Assembly (NCBI GenBank): GCA_963845185.1
Contig: CAWJRG010000009.1
Span: 384,001 to 448,000, forward strand
Direction of reading: 5' to 3'
Source: an uncultured bacterium
GTDB lineage: Bacteria > Oederibacteriota > PGYV01 > CAWJRG01
Length of the DNA stretch: 64,000 bases
In this document: positions 9,915 through 19,452 of the stretch, piece after piece
Layout of the letters: the number at the start of each line of letters is the position of its first letter
Position numbering within the stretch: position 1 is the first letter of the stretch
Notes under the pieces: generated by a model
What the model was told of the DNA's origin: nothing
Database searches by the model: none
What the model saw: the letters and a program-made list of their open reading frames with translations, nothing else
Position numbers and translations under genes: made by a program

Positions 9915-11036
9915 ATGATAAACAAAAAAAGTTTGGTTTTAATAGTTGCTGTCATTCTTATTTTAACGGCAGTTACCAGCGCCTTTGCTGTTGAGTATAA
10001 AATTAGGAATATAGCGCGTTTTAAAGGAGTAAGGGATAATCAACTTACGGGATTCGGCCTTGTGGTTGGATTGAAAGGAACCGGCGATAGACAGACAACA
10101 GTTTTTACAAATCAGGCAATAGTAAATATGCTGAAAAGATTTGGCATTGCGGATCCAGCTCAGCAAATTACAGTTAGAAATGTTGCAGCTGTTATGGTTA
10201 CTGCAAACCTACCTCCTTTTGCTAAAAAAGGAGATAAAATTGATGTTGTTGTATCATCTATGGGAGATGCCATGAATTTGGATGGAGGTGTGCTATTACA
10301 AACTGCTTTAAAAGGTGTTGATGACAAAATTTATGTAATAAGCCAGGGACCTGTTTCAACTGGCGGGGCAGATCTTTCTTCAACAGGCACAGTAGCAATA
10401 AATAATAGAAATACTGCTGGAAGAGTCCCTTCTGGTGGATCGGTTGAGCGCGAGGTTCCTGTGACTTTTGTTGATGATAAAAATAATATGTATATATTAT
10501 TGGATATTCCTGATTTTGTTACGGTTTCCAGAATGACGGATGTAATAAATTCACAGTTTTGGGGCGAGGTAGCGAATGCGGTTGATGCAGGGACTATCAG
10601 GGTAAAGGTGCCATTTGATTTCCAGAATAATCTTGTGGAATTTGCAGCTGCAGTTGAAGGGTTGTATGTTGATATAGAAGAAAAGGAAAATAAAGTAGTT
10701 GTTAATGAGAGAACAGGCACAGTTGTTATAGGCGGTGCTGTTATGTTGGATACCTGCGCTGTGGCTCACGGGAATTTCAACGTGAATATAAATGTTACAA
10801 GCCAGGTTTCACAGCCGAATCCCTTTTCACCAGGGGCATCCGCGCTTGTATATTCTGATTCAAATGTAAAAGTTGAGGGCGGCGGAAATCAGCTTGTTAC
10901 ACTCCCTGCCAGTACAAACGTGCAGGACTTGGTAAACGCGTTAAATGTCCTTGGCGCCTCTCCAAAAGATATAATAAGCATACTGCAGGCAATAAAAGCA
11001 GCTGGTGCTCTTCATGCCGAGCTTGAAATAATGTAA
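9915..11036 (+). CDS. flgI: Flagellar P-ring protein FlgI
   Basis: GVRDNQLTGFGLVVGLKGTGD, NVAAVMVTA, ILQAIKAAGALHAEL. Confidence 0.96.
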   Translation: MINKKSLVLIVAVILILTAVTSAFAVEYKIRNIARFKGVRDNQLTGFGLVVGLKGTGDRQTTVFTNQAIVNMLKRFGIADPAQQITVRNVAAVMVTANLPPFAKKGDKIDVVVSSMGDAMNLDGGVLLQTALKGVDDKIYVISQGPVSTGGADLSSTGTVAINNRNTAGRVPSGGSVEREVPVTFVDDKNNMYILLDIPDFVTVSRMTDVINSQFWGEVANAVDAGTIRVKVPFDFQNNLVEFAAAVEGLYVDIEEKENKVVVNERTGTVVIGGAVMLDTCAVAHGNFNVNINVTSQVSQPNPFSPGASALVYSDSNVKVEGGGNQLVTLPASTNVQDLVNALNVLGASPKDIISILQAIKAAGALHAELEIM

Positions 11037-11046
11037 GGAGAAAAAA

Positions 11047-11400
11047 ATGGTTGATTTTTTAGGCGGTTCAGAAGCGTTTATAAGGACTGAAATTACAAAT
11101 CTTAATAATAAAGTTCAAGAGGCGCAGTTGCAGGCAAGTAGAGTTGAAAATAAAGATACAAAACAAATGGCCAGGTTAAAACAAGTTTCTGGCGAATTTG
11201 AATCAATATTTCTTGGCTATATGATAAAAGAGATGAGAAAAACTGTGCCTGAAGACCCCTTATTCGGTTCAAGCCAGGCAAAAGAAATCTATTACGACAT
11301 GTACGACGACGCAATGGCAAAGGAGTTGTCAAAAGCAGGCGGTATTGGGCTTGCAGCCATGCTGTATAACCAACTTTCAAAAGGGCCTGATGTGAAGTAA
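11047..11400 (+). CDS. flgJ: Rod-binding FlgJ (no muramidase domain)
   Basis: FESIF..MIKEMRKTV and GGIGLAAMLYNQL; 117 aa. Confidence 0.88.
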   Translation: MVDFLGGSEAFIRTEITNLNNKVQEAQLQASRVENKDTKQMARLKQVSGEFESIFLGYMIKEMRKTVPEDPLFGSSQAKEIYYDMYDDAMAKELSKAGGIGLAAMLYNQLSKGPDVK

Positions 11401-11506
11401 AACATGCTTTAAGATTTTTAGTTCGAATTCCAAAATAACAACCAACAATTAAAAATCAAAAACAGAAATTTTTTCGTTTTTCAAATTTATCGCGGGAGAA
11501 AGCTAA

Positions 11507-11842
11507 ATGCCAATTGTTAATTGCGAAAGATGCGGCATGATATTTAACCAGGAAAATGCAGAAACAACATGCCCAAACTGCGTGTTCGAGGAAAAAAAGA
11601 CCTTAAAGAAAGTTACTGATTATCTCAGGAATCATCCGCTTGCAAATATAATGGAAGTCCATGAAAAAACACACGTAGAAGAGATACAGATAATAAGATT
11701 TATAAAAGCAGGAAGTTTAAAAATAAGAAAACCAACAAAAGAATTTGAATGCAGGTTTTGCGGTAAACCAGTAAAACACGGAACAATCTGCGACAATTGC
11801 GCGGACAAATTGTCCGACTCGTTTGATGAAGACAAAAAATAA
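11507..11842 (+). CDS. YvyF-like flagellar operon Zn-finger protein
   Basis: NCERCG..CPNC, DYLRNHPLA HTH-like core, CRFCG..CDNC; upstream of flgM as in Bacillus. Confidence 0.75.
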   Translation: MPIVNCERCGMIFNQENAETTCPNCVFEEKKTLKKVTDYLRNHPLANIMEVHEKTHVEEIQIIRFIKAGSLKIRKPTKEFECRFCGKPVKHGTICDNCADKLSDSFDEDKK

Positions 11843-11957
11843 TAATTTGATTTATTTATATTTTAAATTTGCAAACCGGGGGATAAAGTTTAAATTGGAC
11901 CATAATGTTTGATTGAAAATAAGCCTTAATAAACTTAAAAATTAGCAAAGAAATCAT

Positions 11958-11984
11958 TAAAGTTATTATAGATTATTACGATAT
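11958..11984 (+). promoter_or_regulatory. Sigma28 (FliA/SigD) promoter upstream of flgM
   Basis: TAAA-15 nt-TACGATAT versus consensus TAAA-N15-GCCGATAA. Confidence 0.7.
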
Positions 11985-12021
11985 ATATTATGAAAACAAA
12001 ATAAAAAGGAGGTAAGAGACA

Positions 12022-12318
12022 ATGGCTACAACAAATAATGCAGGGAATATAAATCCGATTCTCAACAGAAAGATGATAGACATACCCGCAAAACCAGTTA
12101 TTGCAAAGAAAGCAAATAATAACCAGACGCCGGCTGCGGGGGACAAAATCGAGATTTCTAGAAACGCAGCGCAGATAAGCAAAGCAGTCAGTAATATTAA
12201 CACCATACCGGAAATAAGAATTAATGCCGTCAATACAGCTGTTACTCAAAGAGTAATAAACCAGCAGAGAATACCTGCTGCTGTACTTGCCGCAAAAATG
12301 TTGCTAGAAGAACAATAA
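12022..12318 (+). CDS. flgM: Anti-sigma28 factor FlgM (divergent)
   Basis: DKIEISRNA..PEIR..V..LAAKML pattern, size and position. Confidence 0.75.
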   Translation: MATTNNAGNINPILNRKMIDIPAKPVIAKKANNNQTPAAGDKIEISRNAAQISKAVSNINTIPEIRINAVNTAVTQRVINQQRIPAAVLAAKMLLEEQ

Positions 12319-12335
12319 ACAAAGGACGTAACAAA

Positions 12336-12847
12336 ATGAAAAGCGAATTAAAGGTTAATTTAATTAAGATAATAAAGAGCCAGATAGAAGGCTATAAAAA
12401 GTTAAAAGGCGTAATTGTTGAAGAGAATAAAGTACTGCTTGGCAAAGACATCAAAGGAGTGGAAGAAATAGCAAAAAAGGAAGAAAATATAGTAACTGAA
12501 ATAAAAAAAGACGAGAAGGAAAAGCATTCGCTGCTTCGGCAGATAAAAGAAGACCTAAAGTTAAACAATGACAGAACAATAACTCTTGTAGATATGCTTG
12601 CGAAGATGGATAAAGAAGAAGCGAAAGAAATAGAAAATGCTATAGTTGAACTTATAAACGTTGTAAAAGATTTTGAGACGACCAACAGAAGCAATATTCA
12701 TATGATAAAAAATTACCTTGAATATACCGACTTCACGCGAAAAATTAAAGAAAGAAGTGAGCAGGCTATCCAGACTACATATAACGAATACGGGTATAAG
12801 AAGACAATACAGGCGGAGAAAAATTCACCGTAGACAGAACAATATAA
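12336..12847 (+). CDS. flgN: Flagellar export chaperone FlgN; probable 1-base frameshift in the last codons
   Basis: Helical protein between flgM and flgK. ORF stops at 12833, but one extra A in the A-run near 12819-12823 gives ...EKKFTVDRTI* ending at 12847. Confidence 0.75.
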
Positions 12848-12865
12848 ACGAAAGGAGAAAGTACA

Positions 12866-14965
12866 ATGGCCACCATTAATTTAGCTATAGAAACAGCTTT
12901 GAGGGGTTTGATAGCAAATCAAACTGCAATAGACACAACGGCACATAATATTGCCAACATGAATAATATAAATTATTCGAGGCAAATTGCCGATATAACC
13001 GCAACGCAGCCGTTTACAGACAACAACGTACAGGTAGGCACAGGGTCATATGTTTCCGACATTGAACGGATAAGGGATATATACCTTGACAAGCAGATAT
13101 GGAGCGAGCTGCAAAATCAGGGCAAATGGTCAGTTATAGATTCCACCATGCAGAGCTTAGAGACTATTTTTCCTGAGGTCGAAAACGCAAGCGCTCCAGG
13201 TATAAATGCGCAGCTTACAGCATTCTGGAACGCATGGGCTACCCTTGCAGCAAATCCCGGCAATACTGCGGATCAAAATGCTGTATACAATACGGCGCAA
13301 AACCTTAGTGACCTTTTTAATCAAACTTCATCGGCTCTTACAGGCCTTCAACTTGATTTAAACCAACAAATGAGAGATACGCTAAACACCATAAATAATT
13401 ATCTGTCACAGATTGCGGAATTGAATAAACAAATAGTAATAGTAAAAGGGCTTGGCCAGCAGCCAAATGATTTAATGGATCAAATGGATGGCATCCTGAA
13501 CCAGCTTTCTCAACTTATAAATGTAAATGTTGTAAATATGCCGGATGGGTCAATAGGGGTATTTTTGCAGGGCATACCACTTGTGAGCGAAACTGATTAT
13601 AGACAATTTTCTGCAGTAGCGGGCAAAAAGGACTCCAAACTTGAAGATGTAGGACTTGATGAATATGTTGGCGCAAGTCCAGTAGATGTAACATCCATGA
13701 TTCAAAGCGGAGAGCTGGGAGGGATATTACAATCAAGGGACAATGAGATAACAACATTCAAAAATCAGCTTGACAACCTTGCGAGCTCGCTTATTACGGT
13801 CGTAAATGAGTTTGAAAGCGCAGAACCGGCCTCTGCTTTGGGCACTTATACGAACTTTTTTGTAGGTTCGGACGCAGCCAGTATAGGCGTAAACCCTGCT
13901 TTACAAAACGGCGCGAATATACTCACCACCAGCAATCAGGGGAATGTTGCAACATTAATTACAAATCTTCAGGATAAACTGCTTAATAATTTTATAATGT
14001 CCGATCCTAACCTGCAAATTAAAGGTGTTACCTCAGCAACAAAAATTGGGACTAATGGTCAACTTATATTAAGCGACGGAAGCAATGTTAATACCGTGAC
14101 TTTCAATTCGGGCGAAACTATAGCGCAACTTATTCAGGCGATAAATGTTAATGCGACGACATATTCGGCAATTTTTAACGATAAAACGCAACAATTTTTT
14201 ATGGTTAGTGACGGTCCCATGACCATGGAGGAATTTGATAACGGCGGGCCAGGGACCGCAGTTATGAGTTTATTGAATCTCGTTGAAACCCAGGTCAGCG
14301 CGGCACCTACAAATTATAATATAGGTTCATTATCAAAAAGCCAGATGTTGTATGGGGGCGTTATTCCTGCTTCTCCACCGATTCCTGCACTTCCTGCAAC
14401 ATGGCTTAATCAAATAAAAAATTTAAATTCTCCAATATCGACTCTTGGGACGGTTAATCTGGTAAAAGGTGGCGTGAGTACTTCCATCAATTGGACGGAA
14501 AATCAGACGCTAAATTTTACGGCTGCAATAATAGCAGCTGCAGGGCTAACCTTTGGTTCTTTTTCTCAAAACGACCAGAAATTTCATTTTGAGACTACGC
14601 CCAACGGCAACACAATTAGTCCGTTTAATATCGTTGATCAGAATGGAAATCTTACAACGGTAATGCGGCTTACAGGAAATCTGAATTTCGGTGACGCATA
14701 TAATGCACTTATAGGGGAAGTCAGCGCCGATGCGACAGGTGCCGATAATATGCTGTCCGAGTATAACAGCGCAGTCAGCCAGCTGCAGACCCTTCAGAAT
14801 AACATTAAAGCCGTCAATGAACAGCAGGAAGAGATGCTTGCGGCCGAATACCAGAATGCATATGATGCCTCTACAAAGGTACTCGGCATTATTGACGAAA
14901 TGATGACCACACTGATTAATATAGGGGTACCGTCATCTTCGTCCAGCGCGGCTGTGAGTTTATAA
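12866..14965 (+). CDS. flgK: Hook-associated protein FlgK
   Basis: TAHNIAN..YSRQ, VGTG, PNDLMD, GELGGILQSRD, YQNAYDASTKV. Confidence 0.9.
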   Translation: MATINLAIETALRGLIANQTAIDTTAHNIANMNNINYSRQIADITATQPFTDNNVQVGTGSYVSDIERIRDIYLDKQIWSELQNQGKWSVIDSTMQSLETIFPEVENASAPGINAQLTAFWNAWATLAANPGNTADQNAVYNTAQNLSDLFNQTSSALTGLQLDLNQQMRDTLNTINNYLSQIAELNKQIVIVKGLGQQPNDLMDQMDGILNQLSQLINVNVVNMPDGSIGVFLQGIPLVSETDYRQFSAVAGKKDSKLEDVGLDEYVGASPVDVTSMIQSGELGGILQSRDNEITTFKNQLDNLASSLITVVNEFESAEPASALGTYTNFFVGSDAASIGVNPALQNGANILTTSNQGNVATLITNLQDKLLNNFIMSDPNLQIKGVTSATKIGTNGQLILSDGSNVNTVTFNSGETIAQLIQAINVNATTYSAIFNDKTQQFFMVSDGPMTMEEFDNGGPGTAVMSLLNLVETQVSAAPTNYNIGSLSKSQMLYGGVIPASPPIPALPATWLNQIKNLNSPISTLGTVNLVKGGVSTSINWTENQTLNFTAAIIAAAGLTFGSFSQNDQKFHFETTPNGNTISPFNIVDQNGNLTTVMRLTGNLNFGDAYNALIGEVSADATGADNMLSEYNSAVSQLQTLQNNIKAVNEQQEEMLAAEYQNAYDASTKVLGIIDEMMTTLINIGVPSSSSSAAVSL

Positions 14966-14987
14966 GTTAAAAACAACAATATAAAAC

Positions 14988-15022
14988 ACCCCGGGAGCTA
15001 AAAACTCCTGGGGTATTTTTTT
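14988..15022 (+). terminator. Intrinsic terminator after flgK
   Basis: ACCCCGGGAG-loop-CTCCTGGGGT followed by a T-run. Confidence 0.85.
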
Positions 15023-15055
15023 ACCCACATAGGCTCAATTAAAACCAAATAATTC

Positions 15056-15106
15056 TTGACAAATCAAGCTATATTTTGTATATTACGTATGAATAAATGT
15101 TCACTA
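15056..15106 (+). promoter_or_regulatory. Sigma70 promoter plus ArsR/SmtB operator
   Basis: TTGACA-17-TATATT, then imperfect palindrome GTATGAATAAATGTTCACTA over the start site. Confidence 0.75.
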
Positions 15107-15118
15107 ATAGGTGATTAA

Positions 15119-15472
15119 ATGTCTGCAAAGAAAAGCAATAAAAAGACCCAGGATGAAAAAAAGGACATCGCCGAAGTACGAACCTTGATGAAGCCCGAAG
15201 AGACGTTTGAAAAACTCGCGCAGACTTTCAAGGTGCTGGGTGACCCGACCAGGACAAAAATAATATTTGCTCTTTCGAAAAAAGAGCTTTTTGTGCATGA
15301 GATAGCAGCGCTCCTGAATATTAGTCATTCGGCAATATCGCATCAGCTCAGCATACTGCGGCACATGGAACTTGTAAGAGTACGCAGGGAAGGAAGGGTT
15401 TTTTACTATACCCTCGATGACGTGCACATAAGCCACCTTTTTAACGAAGGAATAAGGCACGTGGAAGAGTAA
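15119..15472 (+). CDS. ArsR/SmtB-family metal-sensing repressor with alpha5 site (SmtB/CzrA type)
   Basis: FKVLGDPTRTKI, SAISHQL HTH, C-terminal D-x-H-x10-H-x2-E (DVHISHLFNEGIRHVEE). Confidence 0.92.
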   Translation: MSAKKSNKKTQDEKKDIAEVRTLMKPEETFEKLAQTFKVLGDPTRTKIIFALSKKELFVHEIAALLNISHSAISHQLSILRHMELVRVRREGRVFYYTLDDVHISHLFNEGIRHVEE

Positions 15473-15498
15473 ATAAGCCATAAATTTTTTTAGACTAT

Positions 15499-15520
15499 TA
15501 TATGAATATATGTTCATATA
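15499..15520 (+). promoter_or_regulatory. Second ArsR/SmtB operator, upstream of the NRAMP gene
   Basis: TATATGAA-TATATG-TTCATATA, perfect 8-bp arms with the TGAA-N6-TTCA core of CzrA/SmtB operators. Confidence 0.78.
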
Positions 15521-15542
15521 TAATTACAAAAAGGAGCTGGGC

Positions 15543-16790
15543 ATGAGCGAAATAAAGAAAAAGACAAGCGGCAAAAAATGGTGGCTGTTATTGATTGCGG
15601 CAATAGGACCAGGCCTTACGGTCATGCTTGCGGACACGGACGCGGGTTCGCTCATAACCGCGGCACAGTCAGGCGCGAGATGGGGATATCATCTGCTTGG
15701 CCTGCAACTTGTGATAATTCCAATACTGTATTTTATCCAGGAGCTGACAACCCGTATCGGCATTACGACAGGAAAAGGGCATGCAGCTTTAATACGGGAT
15801 GTTTTCGGGATAAAATGGGCATGGATATCCGTCACAGCTTTATTTGTGGCGTCCATAGGCGCGCTTGTGACGGAATTTGCCGGCATTGTAGGAGTGGGGC
15901 TGATTTTTGGAGTTTCCAAATGGATTACGGTGCCATTGAGCGTGGTCGGTCTCATAGCGGTTTCCATGACGGGAAAATATAAAAGGGTGGAATCGATTTC
16001 CATCATTGTCGGCATGTTTGAGATAGTATTTATCCCTGCCGCCATATTCGCAAAACCTTCCTTAAGCGAGATTGCAGGCGCTTTCATCCTTAACCAGCCG
16101 TTCGGTGACCATTCATACTGGGTGCTTATTGCTGCCAATGTCGGCGCGATTATCATGCCGTGGATGCTATTTTACCAGCAGGGCGCCGTAGTGGACAAGG
16201 GTCTAAGCAACGATTCAATTAAATACAGCAGGATTGATACATTCATGGGCGCAATAGTCACCCAGGTTATCATGTCCGCGGTATTAATCCTGACAGCAGC
16301 CACCATAGGAAAGACAAACCCAAACGCGCCGCTTTCAAGCGTACAGGAGATAGCCGGGGTACTTACACCGCTGCTCGGGCCTTTTATCGGCAAGATATTA
16401 TTTGCCATAGGCCTGACAGGAGCTGCTTTAATTGCCGCGATTGTAGTTTCCCTGGCCATATCCTGGTCGCTGGGCGAGATATTAAAAGTAACCTGCACCC
16501 TTAACTGCAAATGGGACGAGGCGCCGGTTTTTTACGGCATTTACGCGGGAGGAATCATTGCCGCGGCCATACTGGTGCTGCTTGGCATACCGCTGGTAAC
16601 CCTGACAATAGCCATAGAAGTCATGAACTGCCTGCTTTTGCCTATAGTCCTCGGGTTTTTACTGGTACTTGCTTGGAAAATCATTCCTATCCCGTATAAG
16701 CTGAAACTATTGGAAAAAATTATTTTGGTCATAATATATACCCTGATTTGTGCTCTTGGAATTTATACTGTTTTTCAGTTATTTTTTTAA
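15543..16790 (+). CDS. NRAMP-family (NRMT-like) divalent metal transporter
   Basis: Start moved to ATG 15543 (SD AAGGAG). GPGL..ADTDAGSLITAAQSGA, QELTTRIG..TGKG, GAIIMPWMLFYQQ; about 11 TM helices. Confidence 0.88.
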   Translation: MSEIKKKTSGKKWWLLLIAAIGPGLTVMLADTDAGSLITAAQSGARWGYHLLGLQLVIIPILYFIQELTTRIGITTGKGHAALIRDVFGIKWAWISVTALFVASIGALVTEFAGIVGVGLIFGVSKWITVPLSVVGLIAVSMTGKYKRVESISIIVGMFEIVFIPAAIFAKPSLSEIAGAFILNQPFGDHSYWVLIAANVGAIIMPWMLFYQQGAVVDKGLSNDSIKYSRIDTFMGAIVTQVIMSAVLILTAATIGKTNPNAPLSSVQEIAGVLTPLLGPFIGKILFAIGLTGAALIAAIVVSLAISWSLGEILKVTCTLNCKWDEAPVFYGIYAGGIIAAAILVLLGIPLVTLTIAIEVMNCLLLPIVLGFLLVLAWKIIPIPYKLKLLEKIILVIIYTLICALGIYTVFQLFF

Positions 16791-16809
16791 TTTTGCTTTG
16801 TAAAGCGCA

Positions 16810-16850
16810 AACATCTTCCAACATTGACAACATCTTCCAACATGTTGACA
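16810..16850. repeat. Short tandem duplication overlapping the lnt -35 box
   Basis: AACATCTTCCAACAT at 16810 and 16829, each followed by TGACAA. TTGACA(16845)-17-TATCAT promoter. Confidence 0.7.
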
Positions 16851-16908
16851 AAGATAAAATGTTATTATATCATTTGAAGACATCAATAAAATAATTCAAA
16901 GGATAAAC

Positions 16909-18531
16909 ATGAAAATAAATAAATTATATATTATTTTAAGCCTTTCAACAGCGGTAATGCTGATATTCAGCTTCCCGAACTTTATTGAATACGGCATAAA
17001 ATACCACACCTGGTTTTTCGCGTGGTTTGCTTTTGTGCCTTTATTTGTCGTGATGATAAAAGCTGAAAATAAAGAACAGGCTTTTTTATACGGGTTCATA
17101 ACGGGCAGTGTTTTTTATCTCGGATCGCTTTACTGGCTGTGTTTTGTAAGGATTATGGGGATATTTGCATATATATGCTGGCTCGCGCTTTCGCTTTATA
17201 TTGCCCTGTTTATAGCTTTAAGCGTAATGCTGGGGAGATACCTGAAAGACAAATTAAACATTGGCTATTTGCTCTGCGTGCCTTTGATATTTACCGTGCT
17301 TGATTTTGTACGCGAATGGCTTTTTTCCGGGTTTCCGCTACTTACCATAGCGCAGAGCCAGCAAAGCTTTGCTTACGCGCTGCAGCTGCTTAAATTTACA
17401 GGCGTGCATGGGTTGAATTTCCTGATAATTTCTTCCAATATCTTAATTACCCTTTTAATATGCAGGATAATACCGGTTCATCAAAAATCCCAGCTTGACG
17501 CAGGAGCGGGAGATACCATTCCGGTTACGCAGGAACCTCAACCCGGTGCAGGGGCGGGCAACTTCACAAAGGCAGAAAATATCGCGTGGCTGGCAATAAC
17601 CCTGCTGCTTTTGGTTATGATGTATACGGCAAACACAAACAAAAAGGAAAATTTTCAGCCAATTAAAACAGCATTACTGCAGTCAAATATGGACCAGAAC
17701 GTGGAATGGAACAAAGATTATAAAATTACCACGATGGATTTATATAAACAGCTTGTCCTGAGCGTGGTAAACAGCAGGCCGGCACTTTTTATATGGTCGG
17801 AAACGGCATATCCCGGCGCGCTTAACATGGAGCCTGAAGGGGCAAAAACAATAAGCGGCTGGGTTAAAGGTTATGAGGCTTTTAATGTTGTCGGTTCAGA
17901 CTGTGTTTTGTCAAACCAAGGCGAATACAGGTATTATAACAGCGCATTTTTGATTTCACCCAAAGGGGCAATCCTGGGGGATTACAGCAAATATCACCTC
18001 GTGCCTTTAGGGGAATATGTACCTTTCAGTGATGTATTTCCAATTATCAGGAAAGTTATAAGGCGTTACGGCTATGAAAGCTTCAGCCCGGGCAAAAAAA
18101 TCGCGCCGTTGTCAATGGACGGCAAGTATTTCGGCGTGCTAATATGCTATGACAGCCTGTTCCCGGAAATCAGCAGGGATTTTGTGAAAAAAGGCGCGGA
18201 ATTCCTGGTACATTTATCCTATGAAACTTGGTACGGAAAAACACCTGCATCGGCGCAGATTTTCACAAATACGGCGTTAAGGGCAGTTGAAAACGACGTT
18301 TGGATAGCACGGTGCGTGGAATCAGGCATATCGGGCATAGTTGACAACAGGGGGACGATAGTTCTTTCCACCAAGTTATTCGAGCGCATTTCAATTGCAG
18401 GGGATATTTTTATAAAGCGTGATAAATCCAGGAGTTGTTACACGGCCTGCGGCGACTGGTTCATATATGTACTACTTCTTGTTTTGGCGTTGGCCGTAAT
18501 TTTAAGGATTAAAGAAAAGAGAAAATTATAA
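16909..18531 (+). CDS. lnt: Apolipoprotein N-acyltransferase
   Basis: TM N-terminus; WSETA, YYNSA, YSKYHLVPLGEYVP and ICYD nitrilase-fold motifs. Confidence 0.93.
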   Translation: MKINKLYIILSLSTAVMLIFSFPNFIEYGIKYHTWFFAWFAFVPLFVVMIKAENKEQAFLYGFITGSVFYLGSLYWLCFVRIMGIFAYICWLALSLYIALFIALSVMLGRYLKDKLNIGYLLCVPLIFTVLDFVREWLFSGFPLLTIAQSQQSFAYALQLLKFTGVHGLNFLIISSNILITLLICRIIPVHQKSQLDAGAGDTIPVTQEPQPGAGAGNFTKAENIAWLAITLLLLVMMYTANTNKKENFQPIKTALLQSNMDQNVEWNKDYKITTMDLYKQLVLSVVNSRPALFIWSETAYPGALNMEPEGAKTISGWVKGYEAFNVVGSDCVLSNQGEYRYYNSAFLISPKGAILGDYSKYHLVPLGEYVPFSDVFPIIRKVIRRYGYESFSPGKKIAPLSMDGKYFGVLICYDSLFPEISRDFVKKGAEFLVHLSYETWYGKTPASAQIFTNTALRAVENDVWIARCVESGISGIVDNRGTIVLSTKLFERISIAGDIFIKRDKSRSCYTACGDWFIYVLLLVLALAVILRIKEKRKL

Positions 18532-18534
18532 GCA

Positions 18535-18634
18535 TTACAGCTTGTTTTCGGTAAAAGCCTCAGACTTGAGCGGGTATAAGCAAGAGTAATATTTTTGCCG
18601 AGCCTATTGATGACTTGCAAAAATAAACTCTTGC
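18535..18634 (+). ncRNA. Candidate structured RNA, copy 1 of 3 (lnt-surE spacer)
   Basis: Hairpin ending GACTTGAGCGGGTATAAG; stem GCAAGAGT/ACTCTTGC; AA/A internal loop; stem TATTTTTGC/GCAAAAATA; loop containing CTATTGATGACTT. Confidence 0.7.
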
Positions 18635-18663
18635 AATAATTTTAACGGAGGATAATTTTTTTA

Positions 18664-19452
18664 GTGAAAAAACCATATATTGTAATATCGAACGACGACG
18701 GCATCAATGCCAAAGGATTTAAAGAGTTATACAGCGCAATCCCAGATGGATGCGAAATACTCGCAATAGCCCCAAGTAATGAAAGAAGCGGGGCATCCCA
18801 CAGCGTGACGCTTGACAAGCCCCTGACAGCAGAAATAGTAAAATTTCTTTATATTCATGCTTACAAAGTTAATGGGACGCCGACTGACTGCGTAAAACTG
18901 GCGCTTGCGAATTTCATAAAACGCGTGCCTGACCTCGTGGTATCGGGAATAAACCACGGGCCGAATACCGCTAGCAACATCATCTATTCCGGCACTATAG
19001 GCGCGGCAGCCGAAGCGGCTTTCCTTGGAATACCGGCGCTTGCTTTTTCCCTATACAGCTATGACGAAGACGCGGATTTTACATTTGCAAAAAAAATAAT
19101 AAGAAACACCATAAAAAAGGTCCTGAAAAAGGAAATCAAAATAAAAAAATACGGCCTTCTTAACGTCAACATCCCATACGTGAAAGAAAATAAAATAAAG
19201 GGTATTAAAATACTTCCCTTGGGAAAATATTTTTACAATGAAAAATATAGGTGCAAAGGCAAGGGCAATAAAAGGGAATATTTCCTGTTTTCCGAAGGCA
19301 GGAAAATACAAAGCAACAAAACAGGCATGACCGACGCGCATGCCATTGAAAAAGGCTTTGTCACCATGACTCCACTGCACTTTGACATGACGGATTACGG
19401 GTTCTTGAAAGAGTTAAGGAATAAAACCGCGCACGGCATAATTTCCGAATGA
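18664..19452 (+). CDS. surE: 5'/3'-nucleotidase SurE
   Basis: SNDDG, GTPTDCV, VSGINHGPN, YSGTIGAA. Confidence 0.96.
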   Translation: MKKPYIVISNDDGINAKGFKELYSAIPDGCEILAIAPSNERSGASHSVTLDKPLTAEIVKFLYIHAYKVNGTPTDCVKLALANFIKRVPDLVVSGINHGPNTASNIIYSGTIGAAAEAAFLGIPALAFSLYSYDEDADFTFAKKIIRNTIKKVLKKEIKIKKYGLLNVNIPYVKENKIKGIKILPLGKYFYNEKYRCKGKGNKREYFLFSEGRKIQSNKTGMTDAHAIEKGFVTMTPLHFDMTDYGFLKELRNKTAHGIISE

